Assembly (NCBI GenBank): GCA_002167745.1
Contig: NHCB01000007.1
Location: 10,403-74,402, forward strand
Direction: 5' to 3'
From: Betaproteobacteria bacterium TMED22
GTDB taxonomy: Bacteria; Pseudomonadota; Gammaproteobacteria; Burkholderiales; Eutrophovitaceae
Length of the DNA: 64,000 nt
Shown piece by piece: positions 10,447 to 20,707 of this stretch (positions are counted from its first letter, which is position 1; each line of letters begins with the position of its first letter). A program made the position numbers and the translations under genes. The notes below the pieces were generated by a model. That model searched no databases and was not told where the DNA came from. It saw nothing but the letters and a program-made list of their open reading frames with translations.

Positions 10447-11259
10447 ATGGATCCAACTGACTTGTTATCTTCATCACCTGAACAAACCTGCATCGGAATA
10501 TTTCGTGGCGAACCGATCATTAATGTACCTGCTAATCTTTATATTCCTCCTGAAGCTCTTCAGGTCATGCTCGACTCATTTGAGGGGCCACTCGACTTGC
10601 TGCTTTTTTTAATAAGAAAGCAAAACCTTGACGTGCTTGATATCCCAATGGCTGATTTGACGAGCCAATACATGGTTTATGTCGAGTCGATGAAAGCTCA
10701 TAATTTGGAATTAGCGGCTGAGTATTTATTGATGGCGGCAGTTTTAACCGAAATAAAATCTAGGATGCTTCTACCACGCCCACCCAGTGAGATTGGGGAG
10801 GAAGATCTGGATCCAAGGGCAGAGCTCGTTAGGCGATTAGTCGAGTATGAACGTATGAAGAAAGCTTCTATTCGTTTGGATGAGCAGCCTGTCGTTGGTC
10901 GGGATTTTCATCAGGCATCGATATTTTTTGAAAAGTCCGATTATGTGTCTCCTCCTTTGGTGAAACCTGAGGATCTTCGTCAGGCTTGGGTGGCTATAAT
11001 TAATAGAGCAAAGAATAATCGACATCATACGATCAGTCGTGAGGAGCTATCGGTTCGTGAACATATGAGTCATATTTTGCGCCGGCTCAAAGATCAACAA
11101 TTTTTTCGATTCGATGAATTATTCGAGGTCGAGAAAGGGGTTCAGTACGTGGTAGTTTCATTTTTGGCAATTCTTGAGTTGGCCAAGGACGCCTCGATTG
11201 AATTGTCGCAACATGGCGTGTTCTCGACTATTTATGTGAGGTTATCCAATGGAGTTTAG
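10447..11259 (+). CDS. scpA: Segregation and condensation protein A
   Basis: 270 aa with FEGPLDLLLFLIRKQNLDVLDIPMADLTSQY, the kleisin N-terminal signature. It overlaps scpB by 11 nt. Confidence 0.85.
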   Translation: MDPTDLLSSSPEQTCIGIFRGEPIINVPANLYIPPEALQVMLDSFEGPLDLLLFLIRKQNLDVLDIPMADLTSQYMVYVESMKAHNLELAAEYLLMAAVLTEIKSRMLLPRPPSEIGEEDLDPRAELVRRLVEYERMKKASIRLDEQPVVGRDFHQASIFFEKSDYVSPPLVKPEDLRQAWVAIINRAKNNRHHTISREELSVREHMSHILRRLKDQQFFRFDELFEVEKGVQYVVVSFLAILELAKDASIELSQHGVFSTIYVRLSNGV

Positions 11260-11899
11260 CGAAGAACAAATTGACGACTTTAAATATACGATTGAAGCAG
11301 CACTTTTGGCTTCGTCGGATCCGCTGTCAATAGCAGAGATTAAGCGTATGTTTGACGAGGAGGTTCACACAGCTCTGGTAAAGGATATGTTGGGTCAAAT
11401 CAAGGAAGAGTGGTCTGCGCGAAGCGGTGAATTAGTAGAGGTGGCAAGTGGCTGGCGTATTCAGGTTCGTGGGAGATATCAATCGTGTCTAGACAAGTTA
11501 GAACCGCAACGCCCCCCCAAGTATTCCAGAGCGGTGCTTGAAACGTTAGCTATCATCGCCTATAAGCAACCAGTTACGAGGGGGGATATCGAGGATGTGC
11601 GGGGAGTCGCTGTGTCACCGAATATTTTGAGGACTCTCGAAGCTAGAGGGTGGATCGATCAGGTAGGGATTAGGGAGACGCCAGGCAGGCCTGCATTATT
11701 TGGTACGACAGCAACCTTCCTAGATGATTTAGGGTTAAAGGCGCTTAGTGAGTTACCGCCTCTAGACGATTTAGGGGAATTGGTAGAAGGCAGTCCCGAT
11801 ATGAGTGAGCAAATGACGCTTGATGTAGAGCGAGTTGGTGAGGTAACAAGTGATTCACTCGCAGTTCATGAGACGGCTGCCTCACAAACGATAAATTGA
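11249..11899 (+). CDS. scpB: Segregation and condensation protein B
   Basis: 216 aa with winged-helix motifs LETLAIIAYKQPVTRGDIE..RG and TLEARGWI. Confidence 0.85.
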   Translation: MEFSEEQIDDFKYTIEAALLASSDPLSIAEIKRMFDEEVHTALVKDMLGQIKEEWSARSGELVEVASGWRIQVRGRYQSCLDKLEPQRPPKYSRAVLETLAIIAYKQPVTRGDIEDVRGVAVSPNILRTLEARGWIDQVGIRETPGRPALFGTTATFLDDLGLKALSELPPLDDLGELVEGSPDMSEQMTLDVERVGEVTSDSLAVHETAASQTIN

Positions 11900-11908
11900 G
11901 AACTCAGG

Positions 11909-11938
11909 TTGTAACACGAGCGTAAACTCTGTTATGAT
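11909..11938 (+). promoter_or_regulatory. Putative sigma-70 promoter of the tRNA-fMet/nusA-infB operon
   Basis: TTGTAA (11909-11914), an 18-nt spacer, then TATGAT (11933-11938). A GC-rich discriminator (TCGCCCCC) follows, typical of stringently controlled stable-RNA promoters. The tRNA starts at 11959. Confidence 0.45.
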
Positions 11939-11958
11939 TCGCCCCCTGTTTTGCCGGT

Positions 11959-12035
<77 letters not shown>

Positions 12036-12054
12036 ATCGCAATAACTAGGAAGG

Positions 12055-12081
12055 AGCCCCAATCGTTGCTGGGGCTTTTTT
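12055..12081 (+). terminator. Rho-independent terminator/attenuator after metY
   Basis: Stem AGCCCCA (12055-12061) pairs with TGGGGCT (12070-12076), followed by a T-run to 12081. Confidence 0.6.
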
Positions 12082-12175
12082 ATGGTTATCTACCGGATTA
12101 TTCTGGTATAATTCAACCAAATATTGTTGGAATACGGATGGGCTTTGGGCCCTTTTTTTGTTTCTAAATGAGCAT

Positions 12176-12607
12176 ATGGAAATAGAAAATTTACTTGAAA
12201 AGACTCTGTCGGGGATGAATTACGAGCTGGTTGATGTCGAAATTGTTGGACGATCGGGACTGGTGCGGGTATTGATTGACTCCGAGCGGGGAATTGGTTT
12301 GCAGGATTGCACGACTGTCAGTAATCATTTGTCGCGTTTGTTCGAAATAGAACGATTTGATTACGATCGGTTGGAGGTTTCATCACCTGGTCTTGATCGG
12401 CCGCTCAAAAAACTTATAGATTTCGAGCGATTTGTAGGAGAAAAAGTTGTTGTTCAGTTCAAACTTGCTTATGAGGGACAGAGGAAGTTTCGAGGAAAAC
12501 TTATTGGTGTTAGAGAAGAGATGGTAGATATGGAGGTCGATGATGATCGAGTGATCACTTTTGAACTTCATGAAATTAAAAAAGCAAACTTAATTCCTGC
12601 AATTTAG
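12176..12607 (+). CDS. rimP: Ribosome maturation factor RimP
   Basis: It lies between metY and nusA as in E. coli, with motifs LEVSSPGLDRPL and KANL. I prefer ATG 12176 because the track's TTG at 12158 lies inside a T-run of a weak hairpin. Confidence 0.85.
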   Translation: MEIENLLEKTLSGMNYELVDVEIVGRSGLVRVLIDSERGIGLQDCTTVSNHLSRLFEIERFDYDRLEVSSPGLDRPLKKLIDFERFVGEKVVVQFKLAYEGQRKFRGKLIGVREEMVDMEVDDDRVITFELHEIKKANLIPAI

Positions 12608-12629
12608 TTATTTTAAGAAGGTATAGGAC

Positions 12630-14108
12630 ATGAGTCGAGAGATGTTGCTGTTAGTTGACGCTCTAGCGAGAGAAAAAAGCGTTGAAAAAGATATCGTATT
12701 TGAGGCTTTGGAGATGGCGTTAGCTTCTGCGACAAAGCGCAAGAATAAGTTGGACATCGATGTTCGCGTGTCAATTGATCGTTCGACGGGTGAGTATGAA
12801 AGCTTTCGACGTTGGCAGGTGGTTGAGGATGAAGAGCTCGAATTGCCTGACCAGCAAATCGCCTTAGAAGAGGGTTTGACCAAAGACGCTTCCGTTGAAA
12901 TTTACGGGTATATAGAAGAGCCTCTTGAAGCTATAGAATTTGGACGTATCGGTGCCCAGGCTGCTAAGCAGGTCATCATGCAGAAGATTAGAGATGCCGA
13001 ACGTGAGCAAATCTTGAATGACTTTTTGGCCCGTGACGAAGTGATTGTTTCTGGGACTGTGAAGCGTATCGAACGCGGGAACGTAATAATTGAGTCCGGC
13101 CGTGTCGAGGCCTTGTTGCCACGAGAACAAATGATCCCCAGGGAAAATATCCGTGTTGGGGACAGAATTAGGACTTATTTAAGCCGGGTTGATCGAGAAG
13201 CGCGAGGCCATCAATTGATTATCTCGCGAACGATGCCCCAATTTGTGTCAAGTTTATTTGAACTCGAAGTTCCTGAAATCGAGGAAGGCCTTGTAGAGAT
13301 AATCGCAGCGGCTCGGGATCCTGGTTCTCGAGCAAAGATCGCAGTTAAAACAAACGATAAGAGAATTGATCCGGTTGGAACTTGTGTTGGGATGAGAGGG
13401 TCGAGAGTTCAAGCAGTCACAAACGAACTGTCTGGCGAACGGATTGATATCGTTTTATGGGCAGATGACCCCGCACAATTTATTGTCAATGCATTGTCTC
13501 CAGCCGAGGTAAGTCGGATTACTGTGGACGAAGAGAAGCATGCAATGGATATCGTGGTTGAGGAGGAAAATCTCGCTCAAGCTATTGGTCGTGGAGGACA
13601 AAACGTAAGGCTGGCATCGGAACTAACTGGATGGACGCTGAATATTTTAACTGAGGAGCAATCTAAGCAAAAAGTTGAAGAAGAATCTAGTTCTGTGCGC
13701 CAGCACTTTATGGATGAAATTGACGTCGATGAGGATCTTGCTGATATTTTAGTTCAAGAGGGATTTAGTACTCTTGAAGAGATAGCTTACGTGCCTGAAT
13801 CAGAGTTGCTCGAGATAGAGGGTTTTGACGAAGATACGGTCGAGGAATTGAGATCTAGGGCGAGAAACGCTCTGTTAGTTAAGGAGATCGCTCGTGAGGA
13901 GTTAGCGACAACAGCATCTGGTGATTTAATGAATGTAGAGGGAATGACGGAAGAGCTCGCTCGCTCGCTTATTGCTGGAGGCGTCATGTCACAAGAGGAA
14001 CTGGCGGATTTGGCTACTGATGATCTAAAGGAGATCGTTGAGATAGAGGGCGAGTTAGCTGAAAATTTAATTATGGCTGCGAGAGCACCATGGTTCACTG
14101 AGTCTTAA
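12630..14108 (+). CDS. nusA: Transcription termination/antitermination factor NusA
   Basis: 492 aa with N-terminal, S1 and two KH domains ([12 protein letters not shown]) and a C-terminal acidic repeat. Confidence 0.95.
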   Translation: MSREMLLLVDALAREKSVEKDIVFEALEMALASATKRKNKLDIDVRVSIDRSTGEYESFRRWQVVEDEELELPDQQIALEEGLTKDASVEIYGYIEEPLEAIEFGRIGAQAAKQVIMQKIRDAEREQILNDFLARDEVIVSGTVKRIERGNVIIESGRVEALLPREQMIPRENIRVGDRIRTYLSRVDREARGHQLIISRTMPQFVSSLFELEVPEIEEGLVEIIAAARDPGSRAKIAVKTNDKRIDPVGTCVGMRGSRVQAVTNELSGERIDIVLWADDPAQFIVNALSPAEVSRITVDEEKHAMDIVVEEENLAQAIGRGGQNVRLASELTGWTLNILTEEQSKQKVEEESSSVRQHFMDEIDVDEDLADILVQEGFSTLEEIAYVPESELLEIEGFDEDTVEELRSRARNALLVKEIAREELATTASGDLMNVEGMTEELARSLIAGGVMSQEELADLATDDLKEIVEIEGELAENLIMAARAPWFTES

Positions 14109-14129
14109 ATATTTGAAGGGCAAAAATAC

Positions 14130-16694
14130 ATGGCAAAAGTGAATGTTAAAGAATTTGCGGCAGAACTTAAGCTTTCCGTCAAACGCTTGATTGAGCAATT
14201 AGCGGCGGCTGGCATCAAGAAAGATTTAACGGAAAAAACAAGTCTGAGCGAAACTGATAAAACCAAATTGCTTGACTTTCTAAAACGGTCTCATGGGGAT
14301 GGCAAGTCTAAGTCAAAAATTACACTCAAGCGACGACAAACGACTGAGATAAAAAAAGCTGACGCTGCAGGTCGGTCGCGAACAATACAGGTTGAGGTTA
14401 GAAAGAAAAGAGTAGTTGTTAAAAAGCCTGAACCGGTATTGGCCGCAAAGGAAGAGGCTGTTGCTAAAGATTCAACTTCTGCAGGCCAAGGAGATCTGGA
14501 TTCAAAAACGGCAGAGCAGGTAAAGCGAGATTCGGAGGCTAAGCGACAGGCTGAATTAAGGGCTATTCAGGCCGCTGAAATTCTCGAAAAGGAAGCGGAA
14601 AAGAAAAAACGTCAGGAGAAAAACGAAACTAAAGCTCAAGAGACCAAACCCGTTAAGAAGGACGCGGTAACAGCTAAAGCTAAGTCAAAGGGCCCTGAAA
14701 AAGGGGCGCCAGACGGGATATTGCACAGTCCGATTACCAAGGATGAGGCTAAAAAAGCAATAAAGAAAAAGGCGAATCAAGCGCGCTTTGACGCGGAAAG
14801 TAAGAAACGCAGTTTAAAGACTCGAGGTGATTTTGCGGCCACGGGGGGGCGAGATGGTCGGAGGGGTAGTAGTAGAAATCGAAATAAGAAGAATCAAGCG
14901 ACTGAACCTGCTCCAGTTCCCGCCACTGCTCCTGAGTTTGTAGCACGTGAAATAGCAATTCCGGAAACTATTGCGATTGCTGAACTTTCTCACAAGATGT
15001 CAGTTAAGGCTGCCGAGGTGATTAAGATTTTTATGAAACTTGGGCAGATGGTGACGATCAACCAGGTCATTGACCAAGAAACAGCAATGATTATTGTTGA
15101 CGAGATGGGGCATAAGGGAATAGCAGCAAAAACTGTTGACCCTCAGGCATTCCTTGATGAAAGTGCTGACGAAGATGTGGTGCATGAGCTTCGCGCACCG
15201 GTTGTGACCGTTATGGGTCATGTAGACCACGGTAAAACCTCACTCTTGGATTATATTAGAACCACTCGAGTAGCCAGTGGAGAAGCGGGTGGTATTACCC
15301 AGCATATCGGCGCATATCACGTAAATACTCAAAAAGGTATGGTGACCTTTTTAGATACACCAGGCCACGAAGCATTTACGGCCATGCGTGCAAGGGGCGC
15401 AAAAGCAACGGACATTGTTGTGCTTGTTGTTGCCTCTGATGATGGCGTTATGCCTCAGACGATTGAGGCAGTTCATCACGCTAAAGCAGGTAATACACCT
15501 TTGATTGTTGCAGTTAATAAGATAGACAAAACAGAGGCCAATCCGGAGCGAGTTAAACAAGAGCTGAGTCAACATGAGGTTGTGCCGGAAGACTGGGGTG
15601 GAGATACACTGTTTGTTCATGTCTCCGCAAAGACTGGCGAGGGGATTGATGCTCTACTAGATTCAATATTGTTGCAGGCAGAGATTTTAGATCTTAAAGC
15701 ACCTGTAAAAACAGCCGCGCGCGGCGTGGTAATCGAGTCAAGGTTGGACAAAGGTCGAGGTCCAGTAGCATCCATATTGGTTCAAGGGGGAACGTTGAAT
15801 CGGGGGGATGTCTTGCTAGCGGGCGCTGTTTTTGGCCGGGTTCGCGCAATGGTAGATGAAAATGGTCAAGTCATTATAACCGCGGGGCCTTCGATTCCGG
15901 TTGAAGTTCAGGGGCTGTCAGACGTGCCCGCAGCCGGAGAAGAGATTGTGGTCTTGCAAGACGAAAAGAAAGCTCGAGAGATCGCGCTATTCCGCCAAGG
16001 CAAGTTTAGAGAAGTTAAACTTGCGAAACAGCAAGCGGCTAAGTTGGATAACATGTTTGACCAGCTTAAGGAGGGCGCAGTTAGATCGCTTACATTAATC
16101 ATTAAAGCTGATGTGCAAGGTTCTAGTGAGGCTCTAGCTCATTCTTTAACACGACTTTCAACCGAGGAAGTTCAAGTGAATATAGTTCATTCAGGGGTCG
16201 GTGGAATTAATGACTCCGATATTAACTTAGCTTTAGCCTCTAATGCCGTGATTATTGGCTTCAATGCGCGCGCAGATGCCACCGCCAGAAAACTAATACA
16301 AACACACGGTATCGATGTGCGTTATTACAACATCATTTACGATGCCGTAGATGAGGTAAAAGCTGCCTTGAGTGGGTTACTATCTCCAGATAGGAAAGAG
16401 GAAACGCTAGGTTTGGTGGAGATTCGGCAAGTATTTAGAATTTCTAAAGTTGGCTCTGTTGCTGGTTGTTACGTTCTTGAAGGCTTGGTCAAGCGAGGCT
16501 CGTCCATCCGTCTCCTCAGAGATAATGTCGTAATACACGAGGGTGAATTGGATACTCTAAAACGCTTTAAAGATGACGTGAAAGAGGTTAAATCCGGGTT
16601 TGAGTGTGGATTATCCCTTAAGAATTACAGCGATATTAAAGAGGGCGATCAACTAGAAGTCTTCGAGGTCATCGAAATTGCTCGCACCTTATAA
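14130..16694 (+). CDS. infB: Translation initiation factor IF-2
   Basis: 854 aa with a Lys/Glu-rich N-terminal region and a GTPase domain ([23 protein letters not shown]). Confidence 0.95.
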   Translation: MAKVNVKEFAAELKLSVKRLIEQLAAAGIKKDLTEKTSLSETDKTKLLDFLKRSHGDGKSKSKITLKRRQTTEIKKADAAGRSRTIQVEVRKKRVVVKKPEPVLAAKEEAVAKDSTSAGQGDLDSKTAEQVKRDSEAKRQAELRAIQAAEILEKEAEKKKRQEKNETKAQETKPVKKDAVTAKAKSKGPEKGAPDGILHSPITKDEAKKAIKKKANQARFDAESKKRSLKTRGDFAATGGRDGRRGSSRNRNKKNQATEPAPVPATAPEFVAREIAIPETIAIAELSHKMSVKAAEVIKIFMKLGQMVTINQVIDQETAMIIVDEMGHKGIAAKTVDPQAFLDESADEDVVHELRAPVVTVMGHVDHGKTSLLDYIRTTRVASGEAGGITQHIGAYHVNTQKGMVTFLDTPGHEAFTAMRARGAKATDIVVLVVASDDGVMPQTIEAVHHAKAGNTPLIVAVNKIDKTEANPERVKQELSQHEVVPEDWGGDTLFVHVSAKTGEGIDALLDSILLQAEILDLKAPVKTAARGVVIESRLDKGRGPVASILVQGGTLNRGDVLLAGAVFGRVRAMVDENGQVIITAGPSIPVEVQGLSDVPAAGEEIVVLQDEKKAREIALFRQGKFREVKLAKQQAAKLDNMFDQLKEGAVRSLTLIIKADVQGSSEALAHSLTRLSTEEVQVNIVHSGVGGINDSDINLALASNAVIIGFNARADATARKLIQTHGIDVRYYNIIYDAVDEVKAALSGLLSPDRKEETLGLVEIRQVFRISKVGSVAGCYVLEGLVKRGSSIRLLRDNVVIHEGELDTLKRFKDDVKEVKSGFECGLSLKNYSDIKEGDQLEVFEVIEIARTL

Positions 16695-16712
16695 AATGAT
16701 TGATGGGTCGTT

Positions 16713-17066
16713 TTGGCTAAAAGCACATTAAGGGCTGGACGTCTTAGAGATTACCTTCTTCGTGAAATTTCGGAGCTTGTTCGGTCAAAGGTTCGCGACC
16801 CGCGGGTTGGTCAAATAACGATTACAGATGTTGAAGTAAGTCCAGATGGATCATTTGCTCGCGTATATTTTACACGTCTGGGAGACGACCAAAACAAGGA
16901 GGTTCTGGAAAAAATCCTGAATAACGCCCAAGGTTTTGTGCGTTCATGCGTCGCTAAAAACCTTAATATGAGGGTTATGCCAAATATAGCATTCAAGTAT
17001 GACGATTCAATGGAGCATGGTGATCGCATCAGCCGACTTTTAGCGGCAGCAAATCTTAAAACCTAG
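16713..17066 (+). CDS. rbfA: Ribosome-binding factor A
   Basis: 117 aa, TTG start, with DPRVG.ITITDVEVSPD and operon position after infB. Confidence 0.88.
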   Translation: MAKSTLRAGRLRDYLLREISELVRSKVRDPRVGQITITDVEVSPDGSFARVYFTRLGDDQNKEVLEKILNNAQGFVRSCVAKNLNMRVMPNIAFKYDDSMEHGDRISRLLAAANLKT

Positions 17067-17088
17067 AATCCTAAATTAGACCTAAGGC

Positions 17089-18021
17089 ATGGCGGCATTT
17101 CATCGAATAAATGGGGTATTACTCCTAGATAAACCTAAAGGGCTCTCGTCAAATCGTGCCTTACAACAAGTTCGGCGCTTGTTTGGTAACGTCAAGGGAG
17201 GTTACGCTGGGACGCTGGATCCCTTAGCTTCAGGACTGTTGCCAATATCGTTGGGCGAGGCAACTAAGTTCATTAGTTTTTTTAGTCATTCACGTAAGTC
17301 CTATGAGGCCATAATCAAGCTTGGATTTAGCAGCAGTACTGGAGATGCCGAAGGGGAGCTATCAAAGGCGAGTTTCACAGCGTTTGATTCGTCCGATCTA
17401 GAACGCTTAGTCCAAAAGTTCACGGGAGACCTGGATCAGATTCCGCCGATGCATAGTGCGATTAAAATTAACGGTAAGCGGCTGTACAAAATAGCGAGAG
17501 AGGGGAGAGTAATTACTCGTGAAAAAAGACCTGTAACTATTGATTCACTTAAGCTCAGTATAATGGAGAAGGATGTACTTAGTTTGTCTGTTACCTGCTC
17601 GAAGGGAACGTATATACGAGTCCTTGGGGAAGATATTGCGCGCTGCCTCGGAACGGAAGGATATCTAACTTCCTTGAGACGAACAGGTATAGCAGATATT
17701 TTTGTTTCAGAAGCACTGCCGCTTAATAATATCGAAGATATCAAATTAAATTTAAGATCTAAACTTCTGAAAAATATAGATTTTTCGTTACCTCATTTTC
17801 CTAGTCTATCGCTAACAGCAACTGAGGAAAAAAAATTTATGAACGGAATCGTCATATCGATGACAGCCAAAAATCCTCAACCAGGAGTCATATCCGTCTA
17901 TACCCACGATAAAATTTTTGTTGGATTGGCCGATGTAGACGACCTTTGCGATCTAAGGCCTAAGCGCCTGATGTCTCAAGATTATGTTGCCGACGTGCGG
18001 AGGCTTAAGGAGGTTAACTAA
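17089..18021 (+). CDS. truB: tRNA pseudouridine(55) synthase TruB
   Basis: 310 aa with GVLLLDKPKGLSS and the catalytic-Asp motif YAGTLDPLASG. Confidence 0.92.
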   Translation: MAAFHRINGVLLLDKPKGLSSNRALQQVRRLFGNVKGGYAGTLDPLASGLLPISLGEATKFISFFSHSRKSYEAIIKLGFSSSTGDAEGELSKASFTAFDSSDLERLVQKFTGDLDQIPPMHSAIKINGKRLYKIAREGRVITREKRPVTIDSLKLSIMEKDVLSLSVTCSKGTYIRVLGEDIARCLGTEGYLTSLRRTGIADIFVSEALPLNNIEDIKLNLRSKLLKNIDFSLPHFPSLSLTATEEKKFMNGIVISMTAKNPQPGVISVYTHDKIFVGLADVDDLCDLRPKRLMSQDYVADVRRLKEVN

Positions 18022-18042
18022 TTAGCATTTATGCTGTATAAT
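18014..18042 (+). promoter_or_regulatory. Putative rpsO promoter
   Basis: TTAACT (18014-18019), a 17-nt spacer, then a perfect TATAAT (18037-18042). It overlaps the truB stop and lies 34 nt upstream of the rpsO ATG. Confidence 0.5.
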
Positions 18043-18075
18043 TCGCGCTTTTTTGACCCTTAGGAAACATATTCA

Positions 18076-18345
18076 ATGTCAATAACTGCTGAAGACAGAG
18101 CAAAGACTGTGAGTGATCATCAAAAAGCGAAGGGAGACACAGGGTCTCCGGAAGTTCAAATCGCTTTACTCACGCAAAGAATCAATCACTTGACTGAGCA
18201 TTTTAAGGTCAATGCAAAGGATAACCATTCTCGACGTGGGCTATTAAAAATGGTCAGCCGTCGTCGTAAGATGTTGGATTATGTAAAGCGTAATGATGTA
18301 GATCGTTACCGGAAGGTAATTGAAAGCCTTGGCTTAAGGAAGTAA
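18076..18345 (+). CDS. rpsO: 30S ribosomal protein S15
   Basis: 89 aa with [18 protein letters not shown] and DHHSRRGLL-like motifs. Confidence 0.95.
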   Translation: MSITAEDRAKTVSDHQKAKGDTGSPEVQIALLTQRINHLTEHFKVNAKDNHSRRGLLKMVSRRRKMLDYVKRNDVDRYRKVIESLGLRK

Positions 18346-18419
18346 TAAACTAATGGTGAAGATCTCAAGGAGTCATGCTAGATTTAATTTGAGGAACTTG
18401 AGAATTAATTAATTTTTAT

Positions 18420-18447
18420 GGCGCGGGTTGTCCGCGCCTATTTTTTT
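18420..18447 (+). terminator. rpsO terminator / pnp leader hairpin
   Basis: Stem GGCGCGG (18420-18426), loop GTTGT, stem CCGCGCC (18432-18438), then TATTTTTTT. It sits in the same position as the E. coli rpsO terminator and pnp leader processing region. Confidence 0.7.
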
Positions 18448-18456
18448 GAGGTTACG

Positions 18457-20616
18457 ATGTTGAAAGCGACGAAAAAAACAATTCAGTATGGTGAGCACGA
18501 ACTAAGTATTGAAACAGGCGAGATTGCAAGGCAGGCATCGGGCGCTGTGCTCGTATCTCTAGGCGAGACAGTGGTTATGGTAACTGTGGTCGGTAAAAAA
18601 GAGGCAAGGCCTGGACAAGACTTTTTCCCTTTAACGGTTGATTATCAAGAAAAGACTTATGCTGCAGGTAAAATTCCCGGTGGCTTTTTCAAGCGAGAAG
18701 GACGTCCTTCAGAGAAAGAAACTCTGACTTGCCGTCTCATCGACAGACCGATTCGTCCATTGTTCCCTGATGGTTTTTTAAATGAAGTTCAGGTTATTGC
18801 AACAGTTATGTCCTCGGATCCTGAAATTGACGCGGACATACCAGCAATGATTGGTGCCTCTGCGGCATTATCTTTGTCGGGCATTCCGTTTGATGGTCCC
18901 ATCGGGGCCGCAAGGGTAGGTTATATGAATGGCGAGTATGTTCTTAATCCTTCTGCAACCCAACTTAGTGAAACACAGCTTAATCTTGTTGTCGCTGGTA
19001 CGCAGCAAGCGGTGTTGATGGTTGAGTCTGAAGCAGATCAGCTTCCGGAAAGCGTTATGTTGGGAGCGGTTGTTCATGGTCACGAACAGATGCAAGCAGT
19101 TATTGACTTAATTAATGAGCTTTCTGACGAAGCAGGTAAACCGCTTTGGGATTGGAAGGCGCCTGAGAAGGATATAGCACTTGTTACGCGCGTTAAAGAG
19201 TTAGCCGAAGCTGGGCTTAGAGATGCGTACGCAATCAAACAAAAGCAAGACCGATCGCAAAAAATAGACGGAGTTTTTGACGCGGTTATATCTGATCTTT
19301 GTGGCGAAGAGGAAGGATCCTTCGAGAAGGGAGCTGTATATGAACAACTTGGCCATTTGGAAAAGGATATCGTTAGAGGACAGATCTTAGCTGGAGAGCC
19401 CCGAATTGATGGGCGAGATACACGCACTGTTCGACCGATATCGATCCGAACAGGTGTATTGCCTAGAACACATGGCTCTGCATTGTTCACGCGAGGCGAG
19501 ACTCAAGCACTTGTCGTGTCTACTTTAGGAACGGCGAGAGACGAACAAATTATTGACGCGCTAGAGGGCGAATATCGTGATCACTTCATGCTTCATTACA
19601 ATATGCCACCTTATGCTACGGGAGAAGCGGGTCGATTTGGGATGCCTAAGCGACGAGAGATTGGTCACGGGCGATTGGCAAAACGAGCGCTATTAGCTGT
19701 TTTGCCATCTCAAGAGGAATTCGGATATTCACTTCGTGTGGTTTCAGAGATTACCGAATCAAATGGATCAAGTTCTATGGCCTCGGTTTGTGGGGGATGT
19801 CTTGCGTTAATGGATGCTGGCGTTCCTTTAAAAGCACATGTAGCAGGAATCGCGATGGGTCTTATCAAAGATGGCGGCCGATTCGCGGTGCTCACAGATA
19901 TTTTAGGTGACGAGGATCATCTAGGTGATATGGACTTTAAAGTAGCCGGATCTGAAATTGGAATTACGGCACTTCAGATGGATATTAAAATTCAGGGAAT
20001 CACTAAAGAGATCATGCAAATCGCGTTAGAACAAGCGAAAGAAGCGCGGATGCATATCCTCGAAAAAATGAAAGACGCCATGGGCGAATCCAGAGAGGAA
20101 TTATCGAACTACGCACCACGGATGATACAGCTTAAGATTAAACCAGAGAAAATCCGGGATGTAATTGGTAAGGGTGGAGCAGTGATTAGGGCGATCACTG
20201 AAGAAACCGGGACAACTATAGATATTCAGGATGATGGCTCTGTGACTATTGCTTGTGTATCTGCCGCTGGCGGCGAAGCAGCTCGTCAAAAAATTGAAGA
20301 ATTGACTGCCGATGTTGAGGTAGGACAAATATATAAAGGTGAAGTGCTTAAGTTGCTTGATTTTGGTGCCATAGTCAGTGTGTTGCCTGGACGTGATGGT
20401 TTGCTTCATATTTCTCAGATTGCAGAGGAAAGAGTAAATGCAGTATCTGACTACCTAAAGGAAGGTCAGCAAGTACGAGTCAAAGTGCTGGAGGCTGATG
20501 ATAAGGGACGATTGCGATTGAGTATGAAGGCCGCGGCTGTTGATGATGCGTCAACGACGCCATCCGATGCGCCTGAATCCAATGATGCGCCTGAATCCAA
20601 TGATGCGTCTGAGTGA
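18457..20616 (+). CDS. pnp: Polyribonucleotide nucleotidyltransferase (PNPase)
   Basis: It has two RNase PH domains plus KH and S1 domains ([26 protein letters not shown]). I place the start at ATG 18457 (MLKATKK...) because the track's start at 18418 lies inside the terminator hairpin. Confidence 0.95.
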   Translation: MLKATKKTIQYGEHELSIETGEIARQASGAVLVSLGETVVMVTVVGKKEARPGQDFFPLTVDYQEKTYAAGKIPGGFFKREGRPSEKETLTCRLIDRPIRPLFPDGFLNEVQVIATVMSSDPEIDADIPAMIGASAALSLSGIPFDGPIGAARVGYMNGEYVLNPSATQLSETQLNLVVAGTQQAVLMVESEADQLPESVMLGAVVHGHEQMQAVIDLINELSDEAGKPLWDWKAPEKDIALVTRVKELAEAGLRDAYAIKQKQDRSQKIDGVFDAVISDLCGEEEGSFEKGAVYEQLGHLEKDIVRGQILAGEPRIDGRDTRTVRPISIRTGVLPRTHGSALFTRGETQALVVSTLGTARDEQIIDALEGEYRDHFMLHYNMPPYATGEAGRFGMPKRREIGHGRLAKRALLAVLPSQEEFGYSLRVVSEITESNGSSSMASVCGGCLALMDAGVPLKAHVAGIAMGLIKDGGRFAVLTDILGDEDHLGDMDFKVAGSEIGITALQMDIKIQGITKEIMQIALEQAKEARMHILEKMKDAMGESREELSNYAPRMIQLKIKPEKIRDVIGKGGAVIRAITEETGTTIDIQDDGSVTIACVSAAGGEAARQKIEELTADVEVGQIYKGEVLKLLDFGAIVSVLPGRDGLLHISQIAEERVNAVSDYLKEGQQVRVKVLEADDKGRLRLSMKAAAVDDASTTPSDAPESNDAPESNDASE

Positions 20617-20633
20617 TAAGTCTTTAAATCGCT

Positions 20634-20665
20634 CAAAAAACCCGTCTATTGACGGGTTTTTTTTT
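20634..20665 (+). terminator. Rho-independent terminator after pnp
   Basis: AAAAAA-CCCGTC-TATT-GACGGG-TTTTTTTTT. The flanking A- and T-runs make it potentially bidirectional. Confidence 0.8.
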
Positions 20666-20707
20666 CAATAGGTTTTAAATTTAAAATAAAGAGAACCACA
20701 GGAGAGC

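Noticed and set aside
18418-18456. The ORF track starts pnp at 18418 ([13 protein letters not shown]...).
   Set aside because: These codons are the GGCGCGG/CCGCGCC terminator hairpin and its T-run. The conserved PNPase N-terminus starts at ATG 18457.
19080-19490. A 136-aa minus-strand ORF lies inside pnp. Similar antisense ORFs occur in nusA (13787-14098), truB (17436-17744) and the BaxI-like gene (34195-34608).
   Set aside because: All lie fully within well-supported conserved genes on the other strand and have no start context or motifs. They are typical antisense artefacts.
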